64,000 nucleotides of DNA from an uncultured Chloroflexia bacterium (GCA_963813335.1 CAWEYL010000002.1:66923-130922), one strand, 5' to 3'; shown: positions 35,803 to 45,704, counted from the stretch's first letter. Translations and numbers: made by a program. The notes: generated by a model not told the origin, from the sequence alone.

Positions 35803-36762
35803 TCAGATCCCGAGCGACGAGAGGATGTCGGGAAGGGCGCCGTCCAGCCCGAAGAGGAAGACCGACCCGACCACGAGGCTGAAGCAGCCGGCCACGCCGC
35901 CGATCGTCACGTAGATGCGCTCGCGGGTCTGGCTCGCGACGAAGCCGACCGAGCTGATGACCACGATCACGAGGTTCGAGATCAGCAGGCCGACGACGAA
36001 CGCGATGAGCATCGGGACGCCGAGGCCCGCGCTGGCGGCGCCGCCGACGGCCGCGATCAGCAGCACCTGCGTGCCGGTCTCGGCGCCGACGCCGTGGATC
36101 ATCCCGACACCGAACGCCGTCCGCGTGCCGTATGAGCTCATCTCGAGCGGCTCGACGTGCTCGTGGCCGTGCAGGCGAGCCTGCACCCGGCGCCAGGCGT
36201 AGCGCATGCCGTCGAAGACCAGCATCCAGCGGCTGCGCAGGCGGAACGACGTCCCGCCACGTGCGTAGCGATAGACCGAGTACAGCACCCACATGCCGAG
36301 CGCGACCAGGGTCACGCCGACGATCCGGCCCATGATCGGGTCGAGCCAGTCCGGCAGGACCGCGCCCAGCCAGAGGGCGGCGAGGCCGAGCACGATCACG
36401 ACCGCGCCGTGGCCGAGGGCGTACAGCGTCCCCAGCCGCACGGCTTCGACCTGGTCGGGGCCGAACCTCGCCGGGCGCACCGCCGGCATGGTCGACAGCG
36501 GGGCGAGGGTCGCGGTGCCCGGTCCCGTGTCGTGCGCCCGCATCTCGGCGGGGCCGCCGTGGCCGTGGTGGTCGCCGGCGATGGTCCGGTGCTGGTCGCC
36601 GTGCGCGGCCTCCGCGCTGCCGGCCGCCGCCGCCGTGCTGGTGATGTCGGTGATCGCCGCGATGTGGTCCCAGTCGATGCCGTGGCGCATGCCCAGGAGC
36701 AGCCCCGTCATGAGGATGCCGATGGACGCAGGGTCGAGCAGGGACGTGATGGCTGGCTCCAT
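35803..36762 (-). CDS. NiCoT/HoxN-like nickel/cobalt transporter
   Basis: LGMRHGIDWDHIAAI signature, His-rich loop, YALGHG, GMIHGVGAET; GGAGG SD. Confidence 0.8.
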   Translation of the reverse strand: MEPAITSLLDPASIGILMTGLLLGMRHGIDWDHIAAITDITSTAAAAGSAEAAHGDQHRTIAGDHHGHGGPAEMRAHDTGPGTATLAPLSTMPAVRPARFGPDQVEAVRLGTLYALGHGAVVIVLGLAALWLGAVLPDWLDPIMGRIVGVTLVALGMWVLYSVYRYARGGTSFRLRSRWMLVFDGMRYAWRRVQARLHGHEHVEPLEMSSYGTRTAFGVGMIHGVGAETGTQVLLIAAVGGAASAGLGVPMLIAFVVGLLISNLVIVVISSVGFVASQTRERIYVTIGGVAGCFSLVVGSVFLFGLDGALPDILSSLGI

Positions 36763-36811
36763 GGGGACGGACCTCCGGGGACAGGGACAACCGTACCGAT
36801 TCGGGGGCGAT

Positions 36812-36829
36812 GATGCAACTGATTGCATC
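36812..36829. promoter_or_regulatory. Putative Fur-family operator
   Basis: GATGCAA-CTGA-TTGCATC inverted repeat, AT-rich, 50 bp upstream of the transporter-fur operon. Confidence 0.6.
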
Positions 36830-36893
36830 TACGTTGCAGCGACCGATTCGGATCTCCGAGCGGCGGCGCGGGATCGGCGGCACACTTGGCCCG

Positions 36894-37388
36894 ATGTCCC
36901 CTCGTGGCACGGCCCGCCCGATCCTGACCCTCCCCGACGAGCGGCTCCGTTCGCCGTCGCTGTCCGTCAAGCTGCCCGACCGCGGGCTTCGCCGGCTCGT
37001 CGACGAGATGGTCGTGACGATGCGGCTGGCGAACGGGATCGGCCTGGCCGCGCCGCAGATCGGCGAGCCCTACCGCCTCGCGGTGGTGGAGGTCGCCAAC
37101 CAGCTCTTCGTGCTCGGCAACCCGACGATCGTGCGCCAGGGCGCCCCGCTCATCGACTGGGAGGGCTGCCTCTCGATCCCGGACCGTGCCGCGCAGGTCG
37201 CGCGGGCATCCGAGATCGTCATCGCGGCCGACGACATCGAGGGGCGCCACGTGCGCTACCGCGGGCGCGGCCTGCTCGCGCGGGCGTTCCAGCACGAGAT
37301 CGACCATCTGGCCGGTCGCCTGTATGTCGACCTCGTCGAACCGGAAGACGTCGTCGACACGCGCGAGCACCCGGTCCAGCCGGGCTGA
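36894..37388 (+). CDS. def: Peptide deformylase
   Basis: GIGLAAPQIG, EGCLS, QHEIDHL. Confidence 0.93.
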   Translation: MSPRGTARPILTLPDERLRSPSLSVKLPDRGLRRLVDEMVVTMRLANGIGLAAPQIGEPYRLAVVEVANQLFVLGNPTIVRQGAPLIDWEGCLSIPDRAAQVARASEIVIAADDIEGRHVRYRGRGLLARAFQHEIDHLAGRLYVDLVEPEDVVDTREHPVQPG

Positions 37389-37397
37389 AGCGGGGCC

Positions 37398-38643
37398 TTA
37401 GCGGGCGCGGAGCAGCCGGCGGAGCGGCCGCGGGACCGCCGAGACGTCCAGCCGCCGGGCTCCGTGGAACGCCCTGAACCTGGCCGCCCCGCGTCGCATC
37501 GCGGTCGCGAACGCCTCGTCCTTCCCGAAGGCCGGATCCTCCAGCCACAGCCCGTTGATGACGAGCGTGCCGGTCGCCCGGTCCAGGCGCGGGTCCACCC
37601 GTGCGACCAGCCGGTCGCCCCACAGGATCGGCATCGTGTGCGGTCCCCAGCGGCGCTTGTGGACCGGCGTGTAGATCTCCCACGTGTACTCGAACCCGAA
37701 GACCGTCTTCGCCCGGCCGCGGGCGCTCACCGGATCGAGCGGGGCGAGCCAGCGTGACCTCGTCCTCCGTCGTGGTCTCGAGCGGCGCCCAGGCGGCCGG
37801 CACCGTCCCGGCGTCGAGGCCGCGGAGCAGGTCCGCGTCCGAGCCGAGCGCCAGCTGCGTCCCGCTCCAGCCCTCCGCGCGGACCTCGACCAGGGTCCCG
37901 TCGGCGAGCCGGCGCTCCCGCCAGGCCTGGAGCTCGGCCGGCGCCACGGTCCGCTTCAGGGCCTGGCTGACGCCCTTCAGCTTGGACAGGCCTTCCCAGG
38001 CGACCAGCTTCGTGAGCAGGAAGTCCTCGGCGGCCTCGTCCGCGCTCTCGCGGATCAGCTCGGCCGGCGCGACGGCATCGGTCGGCGCATAGACGCGCTC
38101 GAAGCGCTCGCGACGGGTGACCATCGCGTCGCCGATGCGCCACAGGTAGTGCAGCGCGAGCGAGCTGTCCTTCCGTCCCCGGTAGTCGTCGACCCGCGTG
38201 CGCGCCTCTGCCGTGTAGTCGCGGTTGCTGATCTCGCCGCGCTCGCGCAGGGCGACGCGCATCTCCTCGATCGCGGGGCCGTGCTCGGCCGCCACCTCCA
38301 CCCAGTCCGCGTGGTCGCGCTCGCGGCGCATGATCACGCGCCAGTGGGGGAGCTCCTCCATCGGCCGGACGGCCAGCCAGCCGCCCCAGTCGAAGAAGCG
38401 GCGCTCGCCATACGTCAGGCGAGCCCAGTCGTCCTGGCGGTAGTCCAGCACCCGCGCGTGGAGCATGAGGTCCTGGGCGCGGGCGACCAGCACGAGCGGG
38501 TCCAGCTGCAGGTGCTCCATCGTCCGCATGGCCTCCGCGGCGCCCTCGAGGCCGCGCCAGCGCCGGCCCGGCCAGAGGCCCTGGCGCCCGAGGATGTAGC
38601 GACGCGCCGTGGCGTTCGAGATCTCGATCGTGTCGTGGGCCAT
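37398..38643 (-). CDS. YcaQ/AlkZ-like winged-helix crosslink-repair glycosylase family protein (extra base near 37750)
   Basis: LQLDPL..VARAQDL.L.AR, LAPLDP after correction, FGFEYTWEIYTP..KRRWG, ILWGDRLVAR.D. Confidence 0.85.
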
Positions 38644-38734
38644 GCCCGCATCGTACGGGCGAAGTCGCCCGAAGGTGGCACCTACACGGGTTCGGTGCTA
38701 GCATCCCGCATCCGAACCGGTGCGTCGGACCTGT

Positions 38735-39109
38735 GGGGATGTGTGGTTTCGACAGGGCTTGGCTACCGGGGAACGCGAGCCGAGGACGCCACTGGGCCTC
38801 GTAAATCAGGTGGCAAAAAGAAGTACCTGGCAACCGCCAGTCGACTCTCGCTCTCGCTGCTTAGGCAGTAGAGTGAGCGTGGAAGCTGCCTCCGCCTCGC
38901 GGGTAGTGGAAGCGTCACTTAGCGGGGCTGCGATCCGGACAAGCGTCACGTAGTCCGGAGTCAAGCCCGATCTAGGGGCACGTGACTGGACCGCCCGGCA
39001 GAGTGCCGATGCCCGTCCGGGCGGTCGACGACAAACCATCGGACACGCTCGTAGTGGTCTCCGGCGAAGGGTCCTGGACGGGGAGTTCGACTCTCCCCCA
39101 TCTCCACCA
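38735..39109 (+). ncRNA. ssrA: tmRNA
   Basis: 5' GGGGAT...GGTTTCGAC; 3' GGAGTTCGACTCTCC...ATCTCCACCA; tag frame 38829-38864 encodes GNRQSTLALAA*; smpB nearby. Confidence 0.97.
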
Positions 39110-39169
39110 ACACGCTGCGCGATGGGGTGCCCCCGCGGTACCGTCTCCTCGCGATGGAGTCCGATCCCG

Positions 39170-40417
39170 TTGGCCACCGATAGCTCGTCCCGGGTCTCGG
39201 GCGAGGAGCTCGCGCTGCGGCTGGGTGTCCCACCCGAGCGGGTCGAGCGACTGGGGGACGGCGCGACGATCGAGCGCGACGCCGACGGACTGTTCGACCT
39301 CGGCGACGTGCACCGGTTGCGCCTCCTCCTGGCATTCGAGGCAGCGGGCGTGCCGCTCGACGCGCTGGTCGAGGCGAGCCGCGGCGGGACGATCAGCCTC
39401 CGCTACTACGACCAGCTCCATCCGACGCCCGGGCCCCTGTCAGGGAACTCCTACGCCGAGTTCCGGGCGTCGGCGGGTCCGGACGGGGCGCACCTGCCGG
39501 CGCTGTTCGCGGCCCTCGGCGTCGCCGAGCCGGATGCGGCGAGCCCGATGACCGCCGAGGACGAGGCGCTCCTCACCGACATGCTCGCCTCGATCGCCGA
39601 GACCGGGTACCCCGACCTCGCCCTGCGCGCGATCCGGATGCTGGGCGACGGTGCCCGTCGCGCGGCCGATGGGGCCCTCGCGACCTATGGCGAGGCGGTC
39701 GGCCGGATCGGCGACTCGGTCGCCGGGCTCCCGGTGGACGACGTCTACGAGCGCGTGCTCAAGCCGTGGGGCCGGTTCGCCCGGCGGTCGAGCGCGTACG
39801 CAGAATGGCTCGCCGAGCGCCATCTCAGCCGGGCGATCGATGAGTACAGCGTGTCCGAGACGGAGCGCATCCTCGAGGAGGCCGGGTACGTCGCCGCCCG
39901 CCTCGAGTCGCCGCCCGCGGTCGCGTTCATCGATCTGACCGGCTTCACGCGCCTGACCGAGGAGCGCGGCGACGAGGTGGCCGCGGCGACTGCGATGCGG
40001 CTCGGCGAGCTGACCGTCGACACGGTCCGGCGCGGGGGCGGCCGGGTGGTCAAGCTGCTCGGCGACGGCGTCCTCGTCCGATTCGACGAGGTGACGGCCG
40101 CCGCCGACTCGACCCTCGACCTGCTGGCGGCCCTGGCACCGGCGGGGCTGCCCACGGGCCACGCGGGCCTCGCGAGCGGACCGTTGATCGTCCGCGACGG
40201 CGACGTGTTCGGCCGGACGGTGAACCTCGCCGCGCGGGTCGCTGACGCCACTCCGGACGGCCACCTCTACGTCCCGGCGACGGTCGCCTCGACGTTGCCG
40301 CGCGACCGCTTCGACCTCCAGCCGGTCGGAGGCGCCGTCCTCCAGGGGATCGGCAGTGTCGCGCTCCTCGATGTCGTGCGAGCCCCGGGCGTGGGGGCGA
40401 CCGTCAGGACGGGCTGA
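39170..40417 (+). CDS. Class III adenylate/guanylate cyclase with N-terminal regulatory domain
   Basis: AFIDLTGFT, VKLLGDG, DVFGRTVNLAAR; start uncertain. Confidence 0.88.
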   Translation: MATDSSSRVSGEELALRLGVPPERVERLGDGATIERDADGLFDLGDVHRLRLLLAFEAAGVPLDALVEASRGGTISLRYYDQLHPTPGPLSGNSYAEFRASAGPDGAHLPALFAALGVAEPDAASPMTAEDEALLTDMLASIAETGYPDLALRAIRMLGDGARRAADGALATYGEAVGRIGDSVAGLPVDDVYERVLKPWGRFARRSSAYAEWLAERHLSRAIDEYSVSETERILEEAGYVAARLESPPAVAFIDLTGFTRLTEERGDEVAAATAMRLGELTVDTVRRGGGRVVKLLGDGVLVRFDEVTAAADSTLDLLAALAPAGLPTGHAGLASGPLIVRDGDVFGRTVNLAARVADATPDGHLYVPATVASTLPRDRFDLQPVGGAVLQGIGSVALLDVVRAPGVGATVRTG

Positions 40418-40449
40418 GCGCTACCGCGCCGCTCACGCGGCGTCCAAGG

Positions 40450-41472
40450 TCAGCTGACGACGCGCGGGACCAGGACGACGCGCCGGTTCGGCTCCTCGCC
40501 GATCGACTGCGTGGCGACGCCCGCGTGGTCGCGCAGCGTGAGGTGGATCCAGCGCCGCTCGAGGGCCGGCATCGGCTCGAGCTGGAGCATCTTGCCGGTC
40601 TCGACGACCCGCGCGGCCGCCCGCTCGGCGAGGTCACGCAGCTGGCGCTCGCGCCGGCCGCGGTAGTCCTCGACGTCGACGAGGACGCGCGTCCAGGTGC
40701 CCATCTCCTTGGAGAGCATGAGGTTGACGAGGTGCTGGAGCGCCGAGAGGCGCTCGCCCTTGCGGCCGATGAGGGCACCGAGCGCGTCGCGCTCGTCGCC
40801 TTCGCCGACGACGTTCAGGCGGCTGGTCTCGCCGGATTCGACCTCGACCTTGACGGCGAACCCGAGGTGGGTCATCAGCTGCTCGAGGATCCGCTGCCCG
40901 GCGGCGAGGGCCTCGGGCGAGGCTTCGGCCGCTTCGAGCTCGGCGCGCTCCGCGGCGAGCGATCCGCGGGCGGCCGTCACCTCGGCGACCTCGGACGCGG
41001 ACAGGCCGCCACCGGCCTCCCGGCGCGGGGCGCTGTCGGGCCGCGGGCCGCGGTCGTCGCGGCGCGGAGGTCGGCTGTCCTGGCGCGGCGGGCGCGGCGG
41101 GCGGGCATCGGCCGCGGGGGCGGCGGCGACGGGCTGCGCTGGTCGGGCATCGCGCGGCGGGTAGGCGTCGCGCGGCGGCCGGTCGTCGTGGCGCGGCGGA
41201 CGGCTATCGGGACGCGGCGGGCGGTCGTCGCGCGGTGGCTGGGGCGGGAGCGGGGTCGACGCCGCCGCCTCGCGCTTCGGTGCGGCGCCACCGAGGGCGG
41301 CCCGCGGTGCGGCCACGATGCGGGCCGGTTCCGCGCCCATGCCGAGCACGCCGCGGCTGCCAGGGCTCAGCACCTCGAAGTCGAGGTCCTGGAAGTCGGC
41401 CCCGAACTCCTCGCGCGCCAGACGGAGGGCCTCCTCGACCGTCTTGCCGGTGAACTCCTTGTACGCACTCAT
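40450..41472 (-). CDS. jag: Jag/EloR (KhpB) RNA-binding protein
   Basis: Jag_N (GKTVEEA, RGVLGMG), KH (LIGRKGERL), R3H (ERRWIH). Confidence 0.93.
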   Translation of the reverse strand: MSAYKEFTGKTVEEALRLAREEFGADFQDLDFEVLSPGSRGVLGMGAEPARIVAAPRAALGGAAPKREAAASTPLPPQPPRDDRPPRPDSRPPRHDDRPPRDAYPPRDARPAQPVAAAPAADARPPRPPRQDSRPPRRDDRGPRPDSAPRREAGGGLSASEVAEVTAARGSLAAERAELEAAEASPEALAAGQRILEQLMTHLGFAVKVEVESGETSRLNVVGEGDERDALGALIGRKGERLSALQHLVNLMLSKEMGTWTRVLVDVEDYRGRRERQLRDLAERAAARVVETGKMLQLEPMPALERRWIHLTLRDHAGVATQSIGEEPNRRVVLVPRVVS

Positions 41473-41473
41473 G

Positions 41474-42643
41474 TCAGCGTCGTCTCCCTCGTCGGCCCTG
41501 ACGGCCCCGCTCGCGGGGGCGGATCGTCTTGTCGGCCGTCGTCTTCTTCTCCGCGTCGGTCAGGATGGCCGCGCGCTTGCCGGGCTCTGGTGGCGGTGGC
41601 ATGGCCACCGGGTATCGGGGCGTATGTCCCGTGGCGAACCCGGGGGTCCACCCACGGAGCGGGAACATCCCGCCCCAGCCCACGATCAGGTATTGCTGGA
41701 CGATCGAGAAGATCGTCGCGGTGATCCAATAGATGAACAGGCCCGCCGGCAGGAACCCGCCGTAGACCACGGACAGGAGCGGCAGGAGCAGCATCGTCTG
41801 GCGCGTGATCTTGGTGTTGGGGTCGTCATTGGCCGGGTCGCTGAGCGGCAGCATCATCCGCGACTGGACCAGCTGCAGGCCGGCCGAGATGATGGCCAGC
41901 AGGCTGACCCCGAAGCCGAAGATCGCGAACAGGTACGACGGCTTGCTGACGTCGAGGCCGCCCAGGATCGGGATGACCGTGTCGATGCACGGGCCGAGCG
42001 AGGCATCGGGGACGCCGGCGGCGTTCAGGTTGTTGCAGGTCAACGGGATGATCTGGTGGCCGAAGACGGTCAGCATCGCCGTCGGGTCGACGTTGGTCAG
42101 CCCGTTCTGGATGACCGAGTACATGATGAACAGGAGCGGCATCTGGAGGAGCAGGGGCAGGCAGCCGGCGAGCGGGCTGACGCCGCGCTCCTTGAACAGC
42201 TCCTGCTGCGCCACGCGGGCCTTCATGGCGTCGCCCTTGTAGCGCTTCTGGATCTCCTTGATCTCGGGCTGCAGGAGCTGCATCCGCCGCTGCGAGGTGA
42301 GCTGCCGCCGATAGAGCGGGATCACCACCGTGCGGACGATCAGGGTCAGGACCACGATGGCCCAGCCGATGGCCGCCGGCACGCCGAGGTTCTCGAGGAA
42401 CACGTAGACGCCGATCAGGATGATCAGCATCACCTGGAAGATCGGGTTGAACAGCCACGCGAGGAGGCTGAGCGGGTCGGCGCCGGGCTGGGCCGGCGTG
42501 AGCGGCGGGTGCGGCGTCGGGGTGGGCGCCGGGCTCCCGGACGCGCCGGGGGTCGCGGTGGCGCAGGCCGCGACGACCACGGCGAGGAGGGCGAGCAGCA
42601 GGAGCTGCGCCCACGGCAGGCGCCGCAGGCGGGACGGGATCAC
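41474..42643 (-). CDS. yidC: Membrane protein insertase YidC (lipoprotein-type N-terminus)
   Basis: LQPEIKEIQKRYKGD, GCLPLLLQMP, PAGLFIYW; lipobox-like VVAAC. Confidence 0.93.
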   Translation of the reverse strand: MIPSRLRRLPWAQLLLLALLAVVVAACATATPGASGSPAPTPTPHPPLTPAQPGADPLSLLAWLFNPIFQVMLIILIGVYVFLENLGVPAAIGWAIVVLTLIVRTVVIPLYRRQLTSQRRMQLLQPEIKEIQKRYKGDAMKARVAQQELFKERGVSPLAGCLPLLLQMPLLFIMYSVIQNGLTNVDPTAMLTVFGHQIIPLTCNNLNAAGVPDASLGPCIDTVIPILGGLDVSKPSYLFAIFGFGVSLLAIISAGLQLVQSRMMLPLSDPANDDPNTKITRQTMLLLPLLSVVYGGFLPAGLFIYWITATIFSIVQQYLIVGWGGMFPLRGWTPGFATGHTPRYPVAMPPPPEPGKRAAILTDAEKKTTADKTIRPRERGRQGRRGRRR

Positions 42644-42658
42644 GGGCGGGACGCCTCG

Positions 42659-42877
42659 CTAGCGGACGGGGTCATAGCCACTCCCACCCCACGGTTGGCA
42701 TCGGGCGATACGCCTGGCGCCCATCCAGGAGCCCTTCACGAGCCCGTACTTCGCGATGGCCTGCTCGGTGTAGTGCGAACAGCTCGGCTCGTAGCGGCAC
42801 GACGAGGGCAGCCAGGCGAAGACGACGCGGTAGAGCTTGATCATCGCGATCCCGAACCGCCGCCCGATGCCCTTCAC
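42659..42877 (-). CDS. yidD: Membrane protein insertion efficiency factor
   Basis: CRYEPSCSHY, RIARCQPWGGSGYDPV. Confidence 0.95.
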   Translation of the reverse strand: MKGIGRRFGIAMIKLYRVVFAWLPSSCRYEPSCSHYTEQAIAKYGLVKGSWMGARRIARCQPWGGSGYDPVR

Positions 42878-43206
42878 GAGTGAGTTCCTCCGAGTGCGCC
42901 GCCCCTGGCGAGGATGCGCTGCAGTGCCCCGACCAGCGTGTCGTGATCCGCCTTGACGATGGCGGGCCGGGCGATGATGAGGACGTCCCAGCCCGGCTGG
43001 AACGAGGGCGCCATCGCCCTGAGCGCCTCGCGGAGCCGACGCCTTGCCCGGTTCCGGACCACCGCGCCACCGAGCTTTCGCCCGGTCGACAGTCCGATAC
43101 GGGTCGTCTCGAGGTCCGTCTGCAGGAATCGGGCGGTGAACAGCGGATGGGACCTGGTGGTCCCGCCTTCTCCGATCGCCGCGAAATCCTGCGGGCTGGA
43201 GAGCAT
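42874..43206 (-). CDS. rnpA: RNase P protein component
   Basis: [23 protein letters not shown]; start uncertain. Confidence 0.92.
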   Translation of the reverse strand: MLSSPQDFAAIGEGGTTRSHPLFTARFLQTDLETTRIGLSTGRKLGGAVVRNRARRRLREALRAMAPSFQPGWDVLIIARPAIVKADHDTLVGALQRILARGGALGGTHS

Positions 43207-43241
43207 CACGAGCCGCGGCCTATCGGCGCCGCGCCCGGTCG

Positions 43242-43376
43242 TCAGGCCGTCAGCCGCTTTCGACCCCGTGCTCGTCGCGCGGCCAGCACACGTCGGCCCC
43301 CGGGGGTTCTCATCCGGGCGCGGAAGCCGTGCTCCTTGGCGCGATGGCGCTTCTTCGGCTGGTAGGTCTGCTTCAT
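43242..43376 (-). CDS. rpmH: 50S ribosomal protein L34
   Basis: Manual translation [44 protein letters not shown]. Confidence 0.97.
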   Translation of the reverse strand: MKQTYQPKKRHRAKEHGFRARMRTPGGRRVLAARRARGRKRLTA

Positions 43377-43492
43377 CGGGGGTGTCCGGGATCCTCTCCA
43401 TCCGGCCTCGGAGCGACGTCGTCTTGTCGACCCCTAAAGGCACGCAAACGCGCCTGGCGCCCGAAAGCGCACGGCGCGTCGTCGTCCGCCGG

Positions 43493-43522
43493 ATGATACG
43501 GCCCGTTCGGAAGGAGTGTCAA
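43493..43522 (-). promoter_or_regulatory. rpmH promoter
   Basis: Minus strand TTGACA (43522-17), 18 bp, TATCAT (43498-93). Confidence 0.75.
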
Positions 43523-43605
43523 TCGCGGGCGGGCCCGCCGGTCCGGGCGATGCGCCACCGGCCGGCGGCGCGGCCCGGAGCCGTCGTCGGGGCGCCCACG
43601 CTCGC

Positions 43606-43622
43606 ATACCCCCAGGGGGTAT
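43606..43622. promoter_or_regulatory. Palindrome resembling a CsoR/RcnR-family operator
   Basis: ATACCCCC-A-GGGGGTAT, a perfect 8-bp inverted repeat with C/G tracts. Confidence 0.55.
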
Positions 43623-43634
43623 TGCAGGATCGCC

Positions 43635-43664
43635 TTGCGACGGCCCGACGGCCGGTGCTATCCT
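43635..43664 (+). promoter_or_regulatory. dnaA promoter
   Basis: TTGCGA, 18 bp, TATCCT with a TG extended -10. Confidence 0.65.
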
Positions 43665-43855
43665 CTCCGAGCCCTTCGGCGCCGGGACGCCTGCGGGACA
43701 CCCGGGGACCCCAACGATTCCGGGTCCCGGGGACGCAGCACTCCAGGCGCCGTGGCCACCTCGAGGATCGCTCTCGTGCCCCGGCTCCTTCGCCTCAGAC
43801 CCTGGCCAACGCTACCCATCCACGGCCCACATCTATCACAGGTCACATCGAACGA

Positions 43856-45250
43856 ATGGACGCGAAGCAGGTCTGGCGAGCGGCTCTCGGGGAGCTCCAG
43901 GTGTCGCTGTCACCCGCCAACTTCGAGACCTGGCTTCGTGACACCCAGCTGGTGGACGTCGACGACCAGCGCTTCCGGATCAGCGTCCCCAACGGGTTCG
44001 CCAAGGACTGGCTCGAGACCCGCTACCGCTCGCTGATCAGCCAGACGCTCGCGCGCATCGTCGGCTACAGCGTCCAGGTCGAATTCGTCGTCGCGACCTC
44101 GCCCGAGAGCGCCGCCCCGGCCGTCGACCGGATCGCCGCCGACCCGGGCGACTCGACCGCGTCGAGCGGGCCGTCGTCCCAGCAGGTCCGCGTCGAGCCG
44201 ACCCGCGTCGGCGGTGAGGGCGGGACGACCTTCATCAACCCGCGCTACACCTTCGGCAACTTCATCGTCGGGTCGGCCAACCGCCTCGCCCACGCGGCGA
44301 GCCTGTCCGTCGCGGAACGCCCCGGCCACGCCTACAACCCGCTCTTCCTGTACGGCGGGGTCGGCCTCGGCAAGACCCACCTGATGCACGCGATCGGCAA
44401 CCAGGTCATCGCCAAGTTCCCGCGCAAGCGCGTCGTCTACGCCACGTCCGAGAAGTTCACGAACGAGTTCATCACCTCGATCCAGCAGGGCAAGATCGAC
44501 GACTTCCGGGCGCGCTACCGGCGGATCGACCTCCTCCTCATCGACGACATCCAGTTCATCGCGGACAAGGAGCGGACGCAGGAGGAGTTCTTCCACACCT
44601 TCAACGCGATCCACGAGGACGGCAAGCAGATCGTGCTCTCGTCCGACCGCCCGCCGAAGGCGATCCTGACCCTCGAGGAGCGGCTGCGCAGCCGCTTCGA
44701 ATGGGGGCTGATCGCGGACCTGACGGCCCCGGACCTCGAGACGCGCATCGCGATCCTGCGCGCCAAGGCCGAGGAGGGCTCCCTGCCCATCACGTCCGAC
44801 GTGATCGAGTTCATCGCGCGGAAGGTCGTGAGCAACATCCGCGAGCTGGAGGGTGCGCTCAACCGGATCATCGCGTTCGCGAGCATGGGCGCGACCCCGA
44901 TCAGCATCGAGCTGGCCCAGGCCGTCCTCTCCAACGTCCTGTACAACCCGAAGAAGCGCCAGGTGACCCCGGAGCGGATCGCCCGCGCGGTCTCGGACTA
45001 CTACAGCGTCCCCATGGAGGCCCTCCAGGGCCAGAAGCGCGACAAGTCGATCGTCATGCCCCGCCAGATCGCGATGTTCCTGATGCGCGAGGAGACCGAC
45101 GTCTCGCTCCTGCGCATCGGTGCCGAGCTGGGCGGCCGCGACCATTCGACCGTCCTCCACGCCTGCGACAAGATCACCCGCGAGAGTGCCGTCAACGACG
45201 ACCTGCGCCGCGAGATCGCGGCGGTACGCGAGCTCATCTACGCCGACTGA
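43856..45250 (+). CDS. dnaA: Chromosomal replication initiator DnaA
   Basis: YNPLFLYGGVGLGKTHL, LIDDIQF, RLRSRFEWGL, GGRDHSTV. Confidence 0.98.
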   Translation: MDAKQVWRAALGELQVSLSPANFETWLRDTQLVDVDDQRFRISVPNGFAKDWLETRYRSLISQTLARIVGYSVQVEFVVATSPESAAPAVDRIAADPGDSTASSGPSSQQVRVEPTRVGGEGGTTFINPRYTFGNFIVGSANRLAHAASLSVAERPGHAYNPLFLYGGVGLGKTHLMHAIGNQVIAKFPRKRVVYATSEKFTNEFITSIQQGKIDDFRARYRRIDLLLIDDIQFIADKERTQEEFFHTFNAIHEDGKQIVLSSDRPPKAILTLEERLRSRFEWGLIADLTAPDLETRIAILRAKAEEGSLPITSDVIEFIARKVVSNIRELEGALNRIIAFASMGATPISIELAQAVLSNVLYNPKKRQVTPERIARAVSDYYSVPMEALQGQKRDKSIVMPRQIAMFLMREETDVSLLRIGAELGGRDHSTVLHACDKITRESAVNDDLRREIAAVRELIYAD

Positions 45251-45704
45251 TCGGCGGGGTCGCGGAGCGTCGCCACGGGCCTTCCACGGCCCGTTCGTGT
45301 GGATAACCGCACGGAATCCGTGGAAAACCCTGCCCGGTTGTGGACATCCGACCGGTCCGCTGGGCACGACGGCGGGCGCGCCGGGGGTCGCTGTGGAGGC
45401 CTCGTCGGCGCCGTCCACGCTCCGACCACCGTGGACTCCCCGCCCGGCCGGAGCATCTCCACACTCAGGCTCCGCTCGTCAACGTCCCCGGCGTGCGCGG
45501 CCACGAGGCGCCGTCCACCGGCTCCACACCATGATGAGGATGATGACGGGGTGAGAAGATAGAGAGAAGATACCCACGACCCACGCGCACGGCCCGGCCC
45601 GGGCATCGACCGGGCGATCCCCGAGGCCGCCTGGCCGTCCGCCACGTGGTCAAGCGAGCCCAGCCCGTAACGGATCCACCGACCGCTCTTGGAGTGAACC
45701 CGAC
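45251..45704. other. oriC (dnaA-dnaN intergenic region)
   Basis: Perfect DnaA box TGTGGATAA at 45298-306 plus degenerate boxes at 45280, 45319, 45339, 45392, 45454, 45511 and 45520; trinucleotide repeat and purine-rich tract at 45531-45572. Confidence 0.88.

Noticed and set aside
39110-40449. Genomic island at the tmRNA 3' end
   Set aside because: No integrase and no duplicated ssrA 3' end were seen; only one cyclase gene follows.
41030-41240. RDDRPP repeats in jag
   Set aside because: An ordinary low-complexity linker between the Jag_N and KH domains.
42953-43855. Long N-terminal extension of DnaA in the ORF track
   Set aside because: It overlaps rnpA/rpmH and both promoters; DnaA homology begins at ATG 43856.
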